Positions 37,160 through 48,790 of a stretch of 64,000 nt of DNA are shown piece by piece (position 1 is the stretch's first letter; every line of letters begins with the position of its first letter). Both the position numbers and the translations under genes were made by a program. This DNA is from Takakia lepidozioides. Lineage: Eukaryota > Plantae > Bryophyta. The DNA lies in the NCBI GenBank assembly GCA_030704615.1, contig CM060733.1, positions 37,076,001-37,140,000 on the forward strand, written 5' to 3'. Below the pieces are notes generated by a model. It was not told where the DNA came from, did not search any database, and saw only the letters and a list, made by a program, of their open reading frames with translations.

Positions 37160-38130
37160 TATCCGGATGAAGGCATTTTCCTTTTGGACTTGTTTGGCGG
37201 GATCAGCACTGGATTGGCTGCTGTGTTACATGCAGGTGTGCGAGTTCGGCGTTACATGTATATGGAGAGGGATGAGACTGCACGACGCGTCTCCCTATGC
37301 CATGTTGCTCAGTTGGTGCAACAATACCCTGAGTTGTTGCCGGTGTCTGCAGTTCGTGGATATCAGCAGGCCTTGCCAGTAGACATTTCGTTGTTGGGGG
37401 CACATGATTTGGAGCGGGTTGGCTCCATTGATCTGGTAGTGGCAGGTTGGCCCTGCCAAGGGCATTCATCAGCCGGGCATGGCAATGGAATGCGAGACTT
37501 GAGGTCGGGTCTGTTTTGGGAGAAAGTGCGGGTTTTGCGCCACTTACAGTTTCATCAAGCTGTATCTCCAGCATACATCTTGTAGAACGTGCCACTGATG
37601 GGCGATTCTCGGGCCAGGGTGATGGTCAATGTGCATCAAGTCCGGTCGTGGCTTGGGTCAGCAGTGTTGCTGGATGCAGCTGTAGTGGGGTCACGGGCTC
37701 ATCGTCCACGGCTATGGTGGACTAACTTGATGCCACCCGCACTGCTCAAGCGTGCATTTGATGGGGTGCAGCGACCAGCACACCTCACAGTGGATAGCAT
37801 TTTGGACACAGGGAGGCAGTCTCAGTGTGTGAGACACAATGACCGTTCGCCTTTGGCAGTGGTCAAGAAGGTGGGTCAACCACGAGCATCACTACCTACA
37901 CTGCTCAGCTTCCCAGGATCGCATGCTTTCCGGGATTGTGGACCTGGCCTCCTGTGGGATGCCCAGTTGCAGCAGTTAGTGGAGCCCAATGTTGACGAGC
38001 GTGAGCAGATGATGGGTCTTTCCACTGAGACCACGACGATGCCATCTCTTTTTAAGGCATCACGTCGTCAGGTGTTGGGGCAAGCAATGGATCTCAATTG
38101 CGTGACCTGGATTATCAGCTTGGCTATGGC
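37160..38130 (+). pseudogene. DNMT3-like C5-cytosine DNA methyltransferase domain within pol
   Basis: Motif I LLDLFGGISTG; II YMERD; IV VAGWPCQG (catalytic PC); V RSGLFWE; VI YIL*NV (ENV with TAG at 37583-37585); VIII AHRPRLWWTN; IX/X ERE.MMG...RRQVLGQAMD. ORFs 37124 and 37589 are in the same frame. Confidence 0.9.
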
Positions 38131-38519
38131 TGAGCAACGCAGAAGGAGTACACTTCTCTCGATGGTCTCTCTGCCTACCCAGACGGTACATGCAGTGAAT
38201 GGGGGCGAGCATGTGAGGACCACGGGGTGCAGGCATCCATGGCACACGTGGGAGGTGCTCGAGGTTCAGAGGGAGTTGGCAGCCAAGGTGGCGGTGATGG
38301 ATGAGGTTGGGGATTTTTCTCGGGTTGAGGAAGTCCTTGAGGATGAGATGATGGGGCATGATGAGGCCTTGTCATTGACTGAGCAGATATGGAGTATTGC
38401 TCAAAAGGTTGCAACATAGCAACCACTGGACGCATCCTCTACCTCTAAGCCCACTGGACTTAAGGTTGCAATTACGGAGGACAATTGGGAGCCTGACATT
38501 GGACCCATTGTCACCGGAG

Positions 38520-39920
38520 GAGAGAGATAACGTATACGGCGGTTCCTGAGGGCTTACAAGAATTGCTTTGCCTTCAGTTTGAAGGACTTGGGAGCACTGA
38601 AGGGTCAAGAGATCCGTATTGAGTTGGCCACTAACACGTCAATCTTTCGGAGACCCTATAGATACAGTGACATGGAGAGGTCTTTGATTCAGATGAGGAC
38701 TCAAGATCTCTGGGAGGCAGGTTTGGTGGAGCTCTCTGCTGGAGAGTATGCTTCAGCCACAGTGATGCCAGCCAAGAAGGATGTCTATGGCAATTGGACG
38801 AAGAGACGTATGTGCGGTGATTACCGGCCTGTAAATTGTCAGACCAAGTCCGTTAAGTATGCCATGCCCACACCGGAGGTGATCTTTGATGCCATTGGGC
38901 ATGCTAAGGTCTTTAGCACTTTGGATTTACGATCCGGATATCACCAGAAGCCGATCAAAGAGGCGGACAAGCAGAAGACGACATTCTGGGGAATCAGTGA
39001 GCACGGCAAGGATTGCCTATTTCAGTGGCGGTTCTTACCATTTGGGCTTAAGAACGCTCATGCAGAGTTTCAGAGAGTCATGGATAGGATTCTAGCAGGG
39101 GTGGACTTTGCTCGGTGCTACATAGATGACATCATCATCTGTAGTGCTACGGTGGAGGAGCATGAGAGACATCTTCAGGTGGTATTGGAGTGCTTGAGAG
39201 CGCACGGTTGAAGTTACATCCGGGGAAGTGAAAGTTTTTCCACAACCAGATTGAGTATCTGGGTCACATGATATATCCTGGAGGATTGGGGGTACAGCAG
39301 ACTAAGGTAGAGGCCATTGCACAAATTCCACGGCCCACGGATGTGAGCCGAGTTCGAGTTTTCATGAGGTTAGCAAACTACTATAGACGGTTTGTCAAGG
39401 GATTTAGTGCTATCGCAAAGGCTCTAACCAAACTGACCAAGGTGGACCAGGAGTGGCAATGGGAAGATGAGCAAGAACGAGCTTTTCAAGAGCTCAAGGC
39501 GAGGTTGACCTCGGCGCCTATCCTGATACGACCTATCAGGGGGCGTCCTTTTCAGCTGCATACGGATTGGAGCATGCTGGAGCTTGGAGCGGTGCTCACA
39601 CAGGTGCATGATAATGGAAGAGAGTTCGTAGTGGCTTATGCTAGCTGCTCGAACAACGCTGCAGAGGCTAAGTACAGCTCATATGAGGGAGAGTGCTTAG
39701 CTGTAGTGTGGGCTGTGGCACACTTCAGGTGCTATCTATATGGCAATCTCTTCACCCTTATCACGGGATCACCAACCACTCAAGTGGTTGATGAAGTCAG
39801 ACAAGCTTACAGGGAAGCTTGCACGGTGGGCACTCATACTTCAGGAGTATGACTTTCAGGTTGTGCATCGACCGGGTTTGGTCAATCGGGATGCGGATGG
39901 ATTGAGTCGCAATCCATGCA
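38520..39920 (+). pseudogene. Reverse transcriptase and RNase H domains of pol
   Basis: RRMCGDYRPVN, FSTLDLRSGYHQ, LPFGLKNA, CYIDDIII, YLGH, ANYYRRFVKGFS, LHTDWS, YSSYEGECLAVVWA, DHQPL, DADGLSR. Confidence 0.93.
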
Positions 39921-40269
39921 CGAGCCAGCAGGATGACAGTGGAGCCCGGTGGCATGGTGAGACGGACGAAGAGATGGTGCCGGGATGACACACATTTTCA
40001 TTTTTGTGTATCTTGGCATCAGGAGGTAAGGTTGGACCTACAACAGGGATGACTGTAGACGGAGTGTCTGAGGACCCTGAGGCTAGTGATGAGCCAGGTG
40101 GTACCAGAGATATACATGAGGATTCGGCTGTATTGGACTACCTCCGCACGGGAGACACGGCAGCCATTGTGACTGCAAGGGAGAGGAATCGGATCCTGCA
40201 ACGAGCCAAGAGGTTCAAGTGGGAGGGGATACCTGCTCCGAGTGTGGGAGGATGGTCGGGTGAGGATTG

Positions 40270-41330
40270 TGCCTCACCCAACACAGCGTGCACGGTTAGT
40301 GCGGCCTGCCCCTGCAGTAAACTGTGAGTGCGTCGCACTCCAAAATGCCCCAACTCCTCATGGGCTGGCGTGGTATGTATACAGAGGTGCAACACTTTGT
40401 GGCTAGGTGCATGGTGTGTGATAGGGTGCGTGCTTCATTCAACGCTCCTACACCACAGTTGCATCATTTACCAATCATGGGATTGGGCTACAGGTGGAGT
40501 CTTGACTTCGCAGGACCGTTGCTACTGACTATGCGCCACCACAGATATGTGTTGTTGATGGTGGAGCACTTCTCCAAGTGGATTGAGTTGGTTTCATTGC
40601 CTGACAAGGCTAGTGAGGGGGATGCGTATGCATTCTTGGATCGTGTGCTTAGCCGATTTGGTGCTCCAGCTGAGGTACTCACGGACCAAGGGAGAGAGTT
40701 CTTGGGGGAGTTTTAGGCTTTGTGTGATAAAGCCTTGATAGACCACCGCACCACTTCTCGGGATCATCCTGAGGCCGATGGCTTGGCAGAGAGAGTTGTC
40801 AGACGGTGAAGATGGATTTTGCGCAAGTATGCTTGCAGAAGGGACACCTAGGAGATTGGGATCTTCAGGTGCCTTGGTTAGCCATGGGCTACAGGTTCAG
40901 CAAACAAGCATCACTTGCCTCCTTCTCATCATATTTCCTTCTCTTTGGCTGAGAGCCGGATTGTCTGCAGTCATTCGTAGGGACACTGCTCAAATCCTTA
41001 ACCTTGACGATCCGGACCTGTGGGTACGTGCATGTGATCAGCGTGCAGAGTTGTTCATGCCATGGCTTTTGATAACCTTGCCATTGCACAGCACCATGAT
41101 ACGTTCAGGTATGCCACTATACGTGGTGGAGGATATCGTCCTAGGGTTCGGAGGTTTAGCCTTGGTGACTATGTTTATTTGCAGCAGACTGCTCCTACGA
41201 CCCTGGATGACACTTTAGGGTGTGTTATTCTGAGGGTTCGAGAGGTGTTGCCCTTAGGAGTCCTGATCTTGGAGGGTCGGGATGGCATGACTTGGAAAGA
41301 CCATGTGCGTAATTGTGCGCCGTGTCACCT
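40270..41330 (+). pseudogene. DDE integrase (HHCC zinc domain partly inverted, catalytic core, C-terminal domain)
   Basis: WRGMYTEVQHFVARCMVC, WSLDFAGP, VEHFSKW, LTDQGREF, HPEADGLAERVV, FSLGDYVYL. Confidence 0.9.
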
Positions 41331-41389
41331 TCCCAATGTCGATGGCAAAGTTGACGGTCCAAACTTGGCAGTGGTACCTGCAGGTTTGA

Positions 41390-41535
41390 GGTGCATACTC
41401 TATGGGTCTGCCAAAGAGGCAGTCACCATGCTGGTGTGTGATCGATGCTCAAGAGGTTGGTATATGGGATGCTTAACACCATCTCTTGAGAGGGTTCCTG
41501 ATGGAGATTGGTTATGTCCACACTGCTTGGGATAG
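41390..41535 (+). other. PHD finger at the integrase C-terminus
   Basis: C..(Y)...MLVCDRCSRGW(Y)MGCLTP.L..VPDGDWLCPHC matches the C4HC3 PHD pattern with two ligands substituted by Tyr. Confidence 0.85.
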
Positions 41536-41794
41536 TGGCAGTGAACATGACTAGAGGCAGCTAACAAGACATGGGAGGCCAAGCTCATAGGAGTCAATAC
41601 ACGAGATCCCAGGCTCAAGCTCACAGGTTGCAAGACGGCGACTAATGATGGGGCAACTCTTGCACCCGGCCTCTTGATCTATCGAGTTTGAGTGTAGTAG
41701 GGACAGTGGTGGATGACTTAGTGAGGCTATGGTCACTATCACATCTTGTGGGTACCTGGACTTAGAGGGACCTAAGCACTAGCTATGGGGGCGA

Positions 41795-42468
41795 TTGTGT
41801 GGACTAGTGACTGCCATAGTAGGCAACATAGTCGCAGCCTAGTGACTGACTAGTTGTAGCCTAGTGGTTGGACTAGTGGCTGGACTAGTGGTATACTAGT
41901 GTGTGGTGTGCACATGTGTTGTGTGGTTTTGGACAGCAATGTAGTTGTGTAGCGATATGTATGCGCACGACAGCTGTCAAGTTATTTTACCACTAGTGTG
42001 AAACTAGCTAGGAAATAACTAGCTTTTACATATTGACATTTGGGATTGGCCCAAGTGTCAATCCAGGGGTCAAGGCAAATTTAGGCCCTGGAGTGGTTAT
42101 CTTCACGGCAAGCGCGGGAGGCTCATCTTTCTCGAGTTGAGCCTCACCGCGCTTAGCTATGGCACCGTAGTGTGGATTCCCTATGGCGTGGGGTGCACTT
42201 GGCTTGACTTGTATTTGAGTGATGAGGTTATATATGCATGAGTTTATGCTTCTGCTTTTTGAGCTCGTACTTGTATTCTTCTTCCTTATCATTGTGTGGA
42301 CTAGTGACTGCCATAGTGGGCAACATAGTGGCAGCCTAGTGACTGACTAGTTGTAGCTTAGTGGTTGGACTAGTGGTGGACTAGTGGTATGCTAGTGTGT
42401 GGTGTGCACATGTGTTATGTGGTTTTGGACAGCGATGTAGTTGTGTAGCGATATGTATGCGCACGACA
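41795..42468 (+). repeat. 3' terminal repeat block B1(41795-41972)-GC-A2(41975-42291)-B2(42292-42468), preceded by a short purine tract (41787-41794)
   Basis: B1 and B2 are near-identical ~177-bp direct repeats ending CGCACGACA. A2 matches A1. Confidence 0.92.
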
Positions 42469-43810
42469 AAGTGTTTTAATGAAAGATGGTATGGGAACAG
42501 ATGCGGTGGCAAATGCCAAGTGAGCTATATAATTACTTCCGCAATTACATCATTTAAAGCGTCTGGAGTACCAACCGACACAGGGTTCTGGAAGTATAGC
42601 ATCAAGTCAGAAAAGGCATTCACGGAATCCAGCTTTACCCTGTCTGCAGATATCCGTGGGGAAGGTTCGGATTCAGCCAACGGCACAGGCTACCCTAGCT
42701 ACCCTAATAGATATGAAGTTGGGTACCCAATGTATGTGCACAGGTTTAGAACCTTTTTTCTGAGGGAAGATCTTTTTGAAACCCTCCTAGGTTCTCTTTG
42801 TTGCTCAGAGAGGTTGTGGGTCATTACTGCTGATTCATTCGGTTAGACTTGCAAGGAGCTTTCATGTGACCTATGAATGTTTGGTCCCAGGATCTTTCAT
42901 ATGGCTTTCAAATGCATGGATATTGTATGAAATCATCTTCCGTTGGGTATTGAATAGAAAGGAATTTGTGTTGTGGGGCTATGTTGGTGCTTGCTCTTCA
43001 ATGGAGGACCAGACTGCAAAGCTCCAACCCAATAATACAGGCTTCAAGACTGGTGCAAAACTGAAAGGTAAAACATCCACTTGTGTTGCATCAAAGAGAA
43101 GCCATCCCTCCTGTTCAATGTATGGCAATAAACAACAAGGATTTTCCACTGACTGTAGTGGCAGAGCTGTGCTTCAGGTACAGGTATTCCATGCTGTTGC
43201 ACTCGTAAGCTAGTTTAGGGAAAAGATGAGGTATGATTGCCTTTAAACTAGTGTTTTCATGAAAGATGGTCTGGGAACAGATGCGGCGGGAGATGCGATC
43301 AAAGCAATTGCGCAGAATCCAAACCTTCCCGACGAACATCTGCAGACAGGGTAAAGCTGGATTCCGTGAATGCCTCTTCTAACTTGATGCTATACTTCCA
43401 GAACCCTGTGTCGGCTGGTACTCCAGACGCTTTACACGATGTAATTGTGGAAGTAATCATATAGCTCACTTGGGCCAACGGCACAGGCTACCCTAGCTAC
43501 CCTAATAGATATGAAGTTGGGTACCCAATGTATGTGCACAGGTTTAGAAACCTTTTTCTGAGGGAAGATCTTTTTGAAACCCTCCCAGGTTCTCTTTGTT
43601 GCTCAAAGAGGTTGTGGGTCATTACTGCTGATTCATTTGGTTAGCCTTGCAACGAGCTTTCATGTGACCTATGAATGTTTGGTCCCAGGATCTTTCATAT
43701 GGCTGCATGGATATTGTATGATGATCATCTTCCCTTGGGTATTGAATTTGTGGTGCTATGTTGGGGACAGCAGTGCTTGCTCCTCATTGGAGGAGGACCA
43801 GACTACAAAG
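42469..43810. repeat. Local direct/inverted segmental duplications shared with 17990-18824, including a TPR-like fragment
   Basis: Block encoding DAIKAIELNPNLSHGYLQTG at ~18105 and ~43290, inverted partial copy at ~42525-42675. MEDQTAKLQPNNTG block at ~18560 and ~43000. 42675-42990 is duplicated at ~43475-43800. Confidence 0.75.
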
Positions 43811-46439
43811 GTGGCATTCTTGGCTGGATCTAATAACCTCCTGAATGAGGTAATTCTCTCTCTCTCCGTGCTTGATCTTTTCAGTCATTGTATTGTTTGT
43901 TGGCTCTGTAGTATGTACTGATCCTCGTGTGCCTTCACTTGCAGGAGGACTTTCCTCCACTTGCAGGACCGTCAACAAAGACCACAGCAAAACCCAAGTT
44001 AACTGTGGATGAAAAGTTTGCTGCAATGGAAGGGATGTTATCTCGCTTGCAAGGGCAAGTGAACAACTTGAGTAGTATTTCAAGGCGTCAGTATAGAAAA
44101 CAGCTCACCATTTGTGCTGTCAAGATCCTTAAGTGGGGATGGCTGGCTAATGTACAGTGCTCAGTTCACGAAGCAAGTCAAGGTAATTTCCTCTCCTTAT
44201 TTTCCTTCTTTCCATCTTCGGTTTAAGTTTTTGTTTAGTTTTCCTGAACTTGTTGTGTTGTCTTGTAGGTGGGGGCCGGTATATTGGAGATGTCTACGTT
44301 TGAGTATAAGCAAATTGCGGCACGAGATGAGGAGACCCATTTCCAAACACTCACGGCATTGGATGTGGGCATCGAAGATTGTTTGGATTCTTCGAGGGTT
44401 TTCCCGGACCTGTGCGGGACACTTCCGCACCAAGCAAGCATTATTTCTTCCTACGACAAGTTCAAGGTTGGGTTTCCCCTCGCCTTCAAGTAGTGAGGTT
44501 TCAATGTGAGTGTAGAAGCCCACCGGACTGGAGAAGCCTGAAGGTGGTCCTAAATGTGGAGGCGGTGAATTGGCTGTTGACCAAGACTGAATCTGCCATG
44601 CCTGCATCGAAGAGCGCTTGACTGGTGAGGACCAGGAACCAGCAGGGAAGTAACTGGTGGTGGCCAGCGCCAGGGTGCCAAGGGGAAGCATGGTTTACAC
44701 CAGCACTTGAACTAGTCTGCATAAGAATTACAGAGTGCTAGCATGGCCTTTGGTTGTCCTAGGTGCTCTTCAGAACATGAAATGGGAGCTGAGCAATACT
44801 GCAGGGTTACACAAACAAAAGATGAGGGTTGGGTAATAAAACGAGAATACAACTGGTTCCCTGTGCTTGTTTTGTAGTTCTTGTTTCTAGTTTGTAGTTC
44901 TTGTCTCTTGTTCTCTCCAGGATTGTTGAGAAAGGTCCTTCATGTTTCTGAAAGCTACCAACTATAGTATGTACTGTAATTCTCACGGATTTTCTTAGGC
45001 CTTGAATATCCCATGACTCTCACTTTGATGTTCAAGCAGGTGGGTCAGACATGGCGTTCAATTGTTTTAGTGCACAGCCAATGACACTCAAAGTTAGTGA
45101 GGATTGACATGAAATCTGAAACATAATGTTTGTTCCAGCACAAAAATGCTGAAGTTGACATATAGATGTAGGAGCTGTTTCTGTAGAAAAAATTCCATAG
45201 GATAGGGCTTGCAATTGCATTACTTCCCATTAGTATGTCTTGTGAGTGTAGTGAATGGGGCACACTGGGCTCTTGAACTAACATAGAACACGCATGGATC
45301 TCCATATAACAGGAGAGGGAAAGATGGAGTTCAGGGTGGCTTCAGAAGGTTGAGATTTTGGCTGCTCAAGACAAAAGCACTTGCTCTTTACAATGCAAGG
45401 CTTGTAAGGGGCAAGGCAAGCTACAACATTGTACTTTATTGTCATATACTCTGAATGGGTTGACCAGAGAGATAGAGCAACATTGTGACAAAGCATATCA
45501 ATCCCACAAGACCCATCATTTCTTTTATTGAGGCCCCAGCACGATATGTGGTGATGGTGTAACAAAAACAAAAAAGGTGGGCATGTACTTGATGATGGCA
45601 TAGCTTAGAACACCAGCTGCTGCTACAGTGCTAACTGCAAGGCCCATCCAGAACACCACCTTGGTTCCATTTGCCAGCTCACTTATGAGCTGATCTCTAG
45701 TGTAGTCTGTACTGCACAATTCAGACCACCAATCAAGATGAACACCCAACACTCAATCCGACACACTACGGCACTTCTAATCAGACTGCAGTGGTAGTTC
45801 ATGTCTATGTTGAAACTACCCCAAGCATTCAAATCCCATGTTGCTTGAGCTTCTGCTCAAAATTTTCAACTTGTCAGAAATAGAAAAGATTATATATATG
45901 TTACAAGTTCCTTATTCCAGTCTGACTTAGATGGCAGCATCATTATTGGAGGTATAGGATTAGACACTTCCACACTTCACCATACTCTTCTGCATCACTT
46001 CCCCCTCGCCATAATTTTTGGTTGGCATCAGCCTCATACTAGGTCTCACAAATCGTATCTGAGGATGTCAAGAGGTTAACACGTGATCCTCACACTATGC
46101 TGCAAAACTAATGTGATTACGAGGTCAATTTCAAGAACAGTAAACAATACACATGGAAACTCCTTGTGTTTACGTCAATCACTGCAAGGCCAAGTCTCTC
46201 CCTATACCTCTAGCAACTGACCTAAATTCAGGAATCCCTTCAAACTTGTCAGGCTGCTTTTCATGTCGCAAGTATGGAAAAGGCTAACAGGTTCGAGTCA
46301 GCAACATGATTTCAATCAACTTGGTCCAGCCATGGCCAAGGGGCAGTAGACATACAAGAAGATAGGCAAACGCTTGCAAGACTTGATGATTGGGTGTCCA
46401 TCTGCAGAGGAGCCCAGGATGCCAACTGCCAACTGCCAA

Positions 46440-46770
46440 CTGTGCACTCCATGAGACCACATTGCGGTCAGGCATTTTTTCAAACACTTGACGTGCATCC
46501 TTCAAGCTCCCACATTTGGCGTACATGGTAACAAGGGTGTTGAGTAGAAAGATGTTTGGCTGAAATTCACTTCGCATAATGTGGGCATGAACCTGTCTAC
46601 CTTCTGCTAGGTCTCTCTTGTTGATGCACTCCTGCAAGACAAAAACATAATTATTATAGTGCGCGGTTCACAATGTGCATCGCCTCTTCAGTCGTCCTTC
46701 CTTATAGAGTGCCCTCACGTCCTCACAGGCACTCGAGGGGTTCCTATTGACTAGCTCTCTTCGTCTTGTT
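46440..46770 (-). pseudogene. Truncated PPR gene fragment paralogous to the N-terminus of the neighbouring PPR-DYW gene
   Basis: CEDVRALYKEGRL..., VLQECINKRDLAEGRQVHAHIM..., NTLVTMYAKCGSLKDARQVFEKMPDRNVVSW, then loss of similarity. Confidence 0.8.
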
Positions 46771-48790
46771 TCAAAAGCAGTAGTGATGGTGGAGGTGCGA
46801 CCCCTCTTCTATCCATGAAACACCGCACTTGAGCTTGAGCTTCAGACAGCTCAAGCAGTTACTTTTGGTTTTTTCAGGCATTACGGGGCAGGATGCCGTA
46901 GAAAAGCCCAAGCCAAAAGGGTCAGCTAGATCAGACAGTTCAAGTTCAGTTTTCGGGCAATTCGGGCATATATTAAAAATATACCACATTGCGTGAAACC
47001 CCTCCGCGCTCAAGGATGCCGGGTATCGTCATCCCTTCCTCGCGCTGCAATGACATTTTCGGGCAGTCCGGGCAGTCCGGGCAGGTACGACGAAAATTGA
47101 CGACGACGAAACGTGGCGACGATGGCGTGGCACTATGGCACCCTATTCCTGCTCTACGCTAAACTAGCTTCCGACCTTCGGTCGTCGCTAGAATTACAGA
47201 GTGAGGGTCGTCGAGTAATATGAGGGAGTTCTCGTCTCCCTGCAGCGATGGCAGCGTGCTCGGGCGGGGTCTGGAGCGCGCAGACAGAGCCCAAGTGCAG
47301 GGCCCTCTCTGGGTGCATGCTGGAACGGGGTGGAGCCCCTTACAAAAAGTGGCAGCACTCAGATTGTGGAGCTCATATGGGCGTCAAGCCTGACGATGCC
47401 GATGCCGAACTGGAGACCCTTGCAAGTGACGGCTCAGATACCTTTCCAGCCTGCAGGGCAACTGGAGAGAGGTAAGAAACTGAAGTCTTTGGGGTTTTTT
47501 GGGTGTTTGAAATATCTGTCGGAGTGATCCAGGCTCTAGATTGTCTTGAAGGCGGAGACTATACCCACTTGGGTCAGGTTCACTTGCGGATTGTAGAGGG
47601 GAAGTGTAATGGAACCCTCATCCTCATTCCATCAGCTTAGTCAGTATTCTCGAACAATTCTGGTCTATTTGATTTTGGTCCATTTACTGCATAATTGCAC
47701 CAGAGGTTCATATGTACATGTGCTTGCCGCAATAGCCCTTTTGGGATATCTTGTCAAGGGACGCAGCGGCCATGTTTCTCTCAGGGAACACATATACCGC
47801 CTCACACAGATTCCAAAGAAATTCCACCCTTCAGACGTGAAGCATTTTGAGCTGACCACTTCATGTAGAGGGGCAGTTACCACAGATTTTTGCCGTAGGC
47901 TCTGTGAGCAGTGCAGAGCGCAATTCCTAGACACGGTGATGAAAGGACAACGGCAGAGAGGAGTGTTCTTATTGACCATTCCCTGTTGGCAATGAGGTAC
48001 CTTGGACTGCACAGTCCCCTGGCCTCTGGCCCCCAAAACCCAAGGGGTCTTGAGACTCAAGCCGTGCAAGACCATGTATTCTGTGCACAGCCAACAGTCT
48101 AGGCATAGGAAATTGAGTATTGATGTAAGGTCTTGTTTGCACACCATGGTAGACGATACGATGTTGATACCGGCTTTGCTACTTGAGCCCAATTCAACCG
48201 ATGTGATGCATATGGTCTCGATTTGAACTGCAAGTCACTCCCTGGTAGAGAAAGGACGGTCTCAGGGAGATAAACAAAAGAGCAGAAAAAAAGAACCCTT
48301 ATCATAAAGGGAGTCAGAGAGAGAGATTTCATGAAAGGCCTAAACTATCATTCCTTAAGTAATAGGACCCAGGTCACTATGAGCTGCTAACAATGTATGA
48401 ATTAGCACTCCCTCGATAAGACTGAGGAAATTGAGAAGCTGGCAAGTTGTCATGGTCTTGCAGTTCTTGCATGCAGGCCAAGGAATGAGCTATGCTCTGA
48501 CACAGGTTCTTCTGAGAATTTGGTCAAAGGACAGAGTCCTATCATAGATGAGCTGTGGGAGAACGTGAGTACTGTAACCACAATGAGCCTGGCTTGAAGG
48601 GCATCCATTGACGATCATAAGCATCCAGACATCTGTAATTTTCGGTTTGCTGTATGTTTCTTGTGTGCATGAGCAGGAAAAGAGGCAAGAGTCAGGACTG
48701 TTATCCAAAGCTACACCAGCACCCTTCCATAGAGCTTGAGCTGATCAAAAACTGACAAAGTTCTCATGCTCTTTCATGCAAGTCACTCAG

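Larger units (their letters stand above)
18825..42468 (+). mobile_element. Decayed Ty3/Gypsy LTR retrotransposon with DNMT and PHD domains, permuted terminal repeats and nested insertions
   Basis: Begins TGTCA and ends CGACA. Flanked by AAGT at 18821-18824 and 42469-42472; the empty-site sequence AACAAGTGTTTTAATGAAAGATGG is preserved in a paralogous repeat at ~18059-18082. Domain order gag-PR-(DNMT)-RT-RH-INT-PHD. Confidence 0.92.

Noticed and set aside
37124-38419. Bacterial restriction-modification gene/contamination, or a host DNMT3 gene
   Set aside because: It is intronless, collinear with pol between PR and RT and equally decayed. There is no cognate endonuclease or host-type N-terminal domain.
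18825-42468. DIRS/Ngaro tyrosine-recombinase element, suggested by the split repeats and a methyltransferase
   Set aside because: It has an aspartic protease, a DDE integrase, TG..CA ends and a TSD. No tyrosine recombinase was seen, and the pol MTase is C5-type rather than Dam-like.
45278-46010. Minus-strand hydrophobic ORF pieces, possibly a small membrane-protein gene
   Set aside because: Stops in all plausible joins and no recognisable family.
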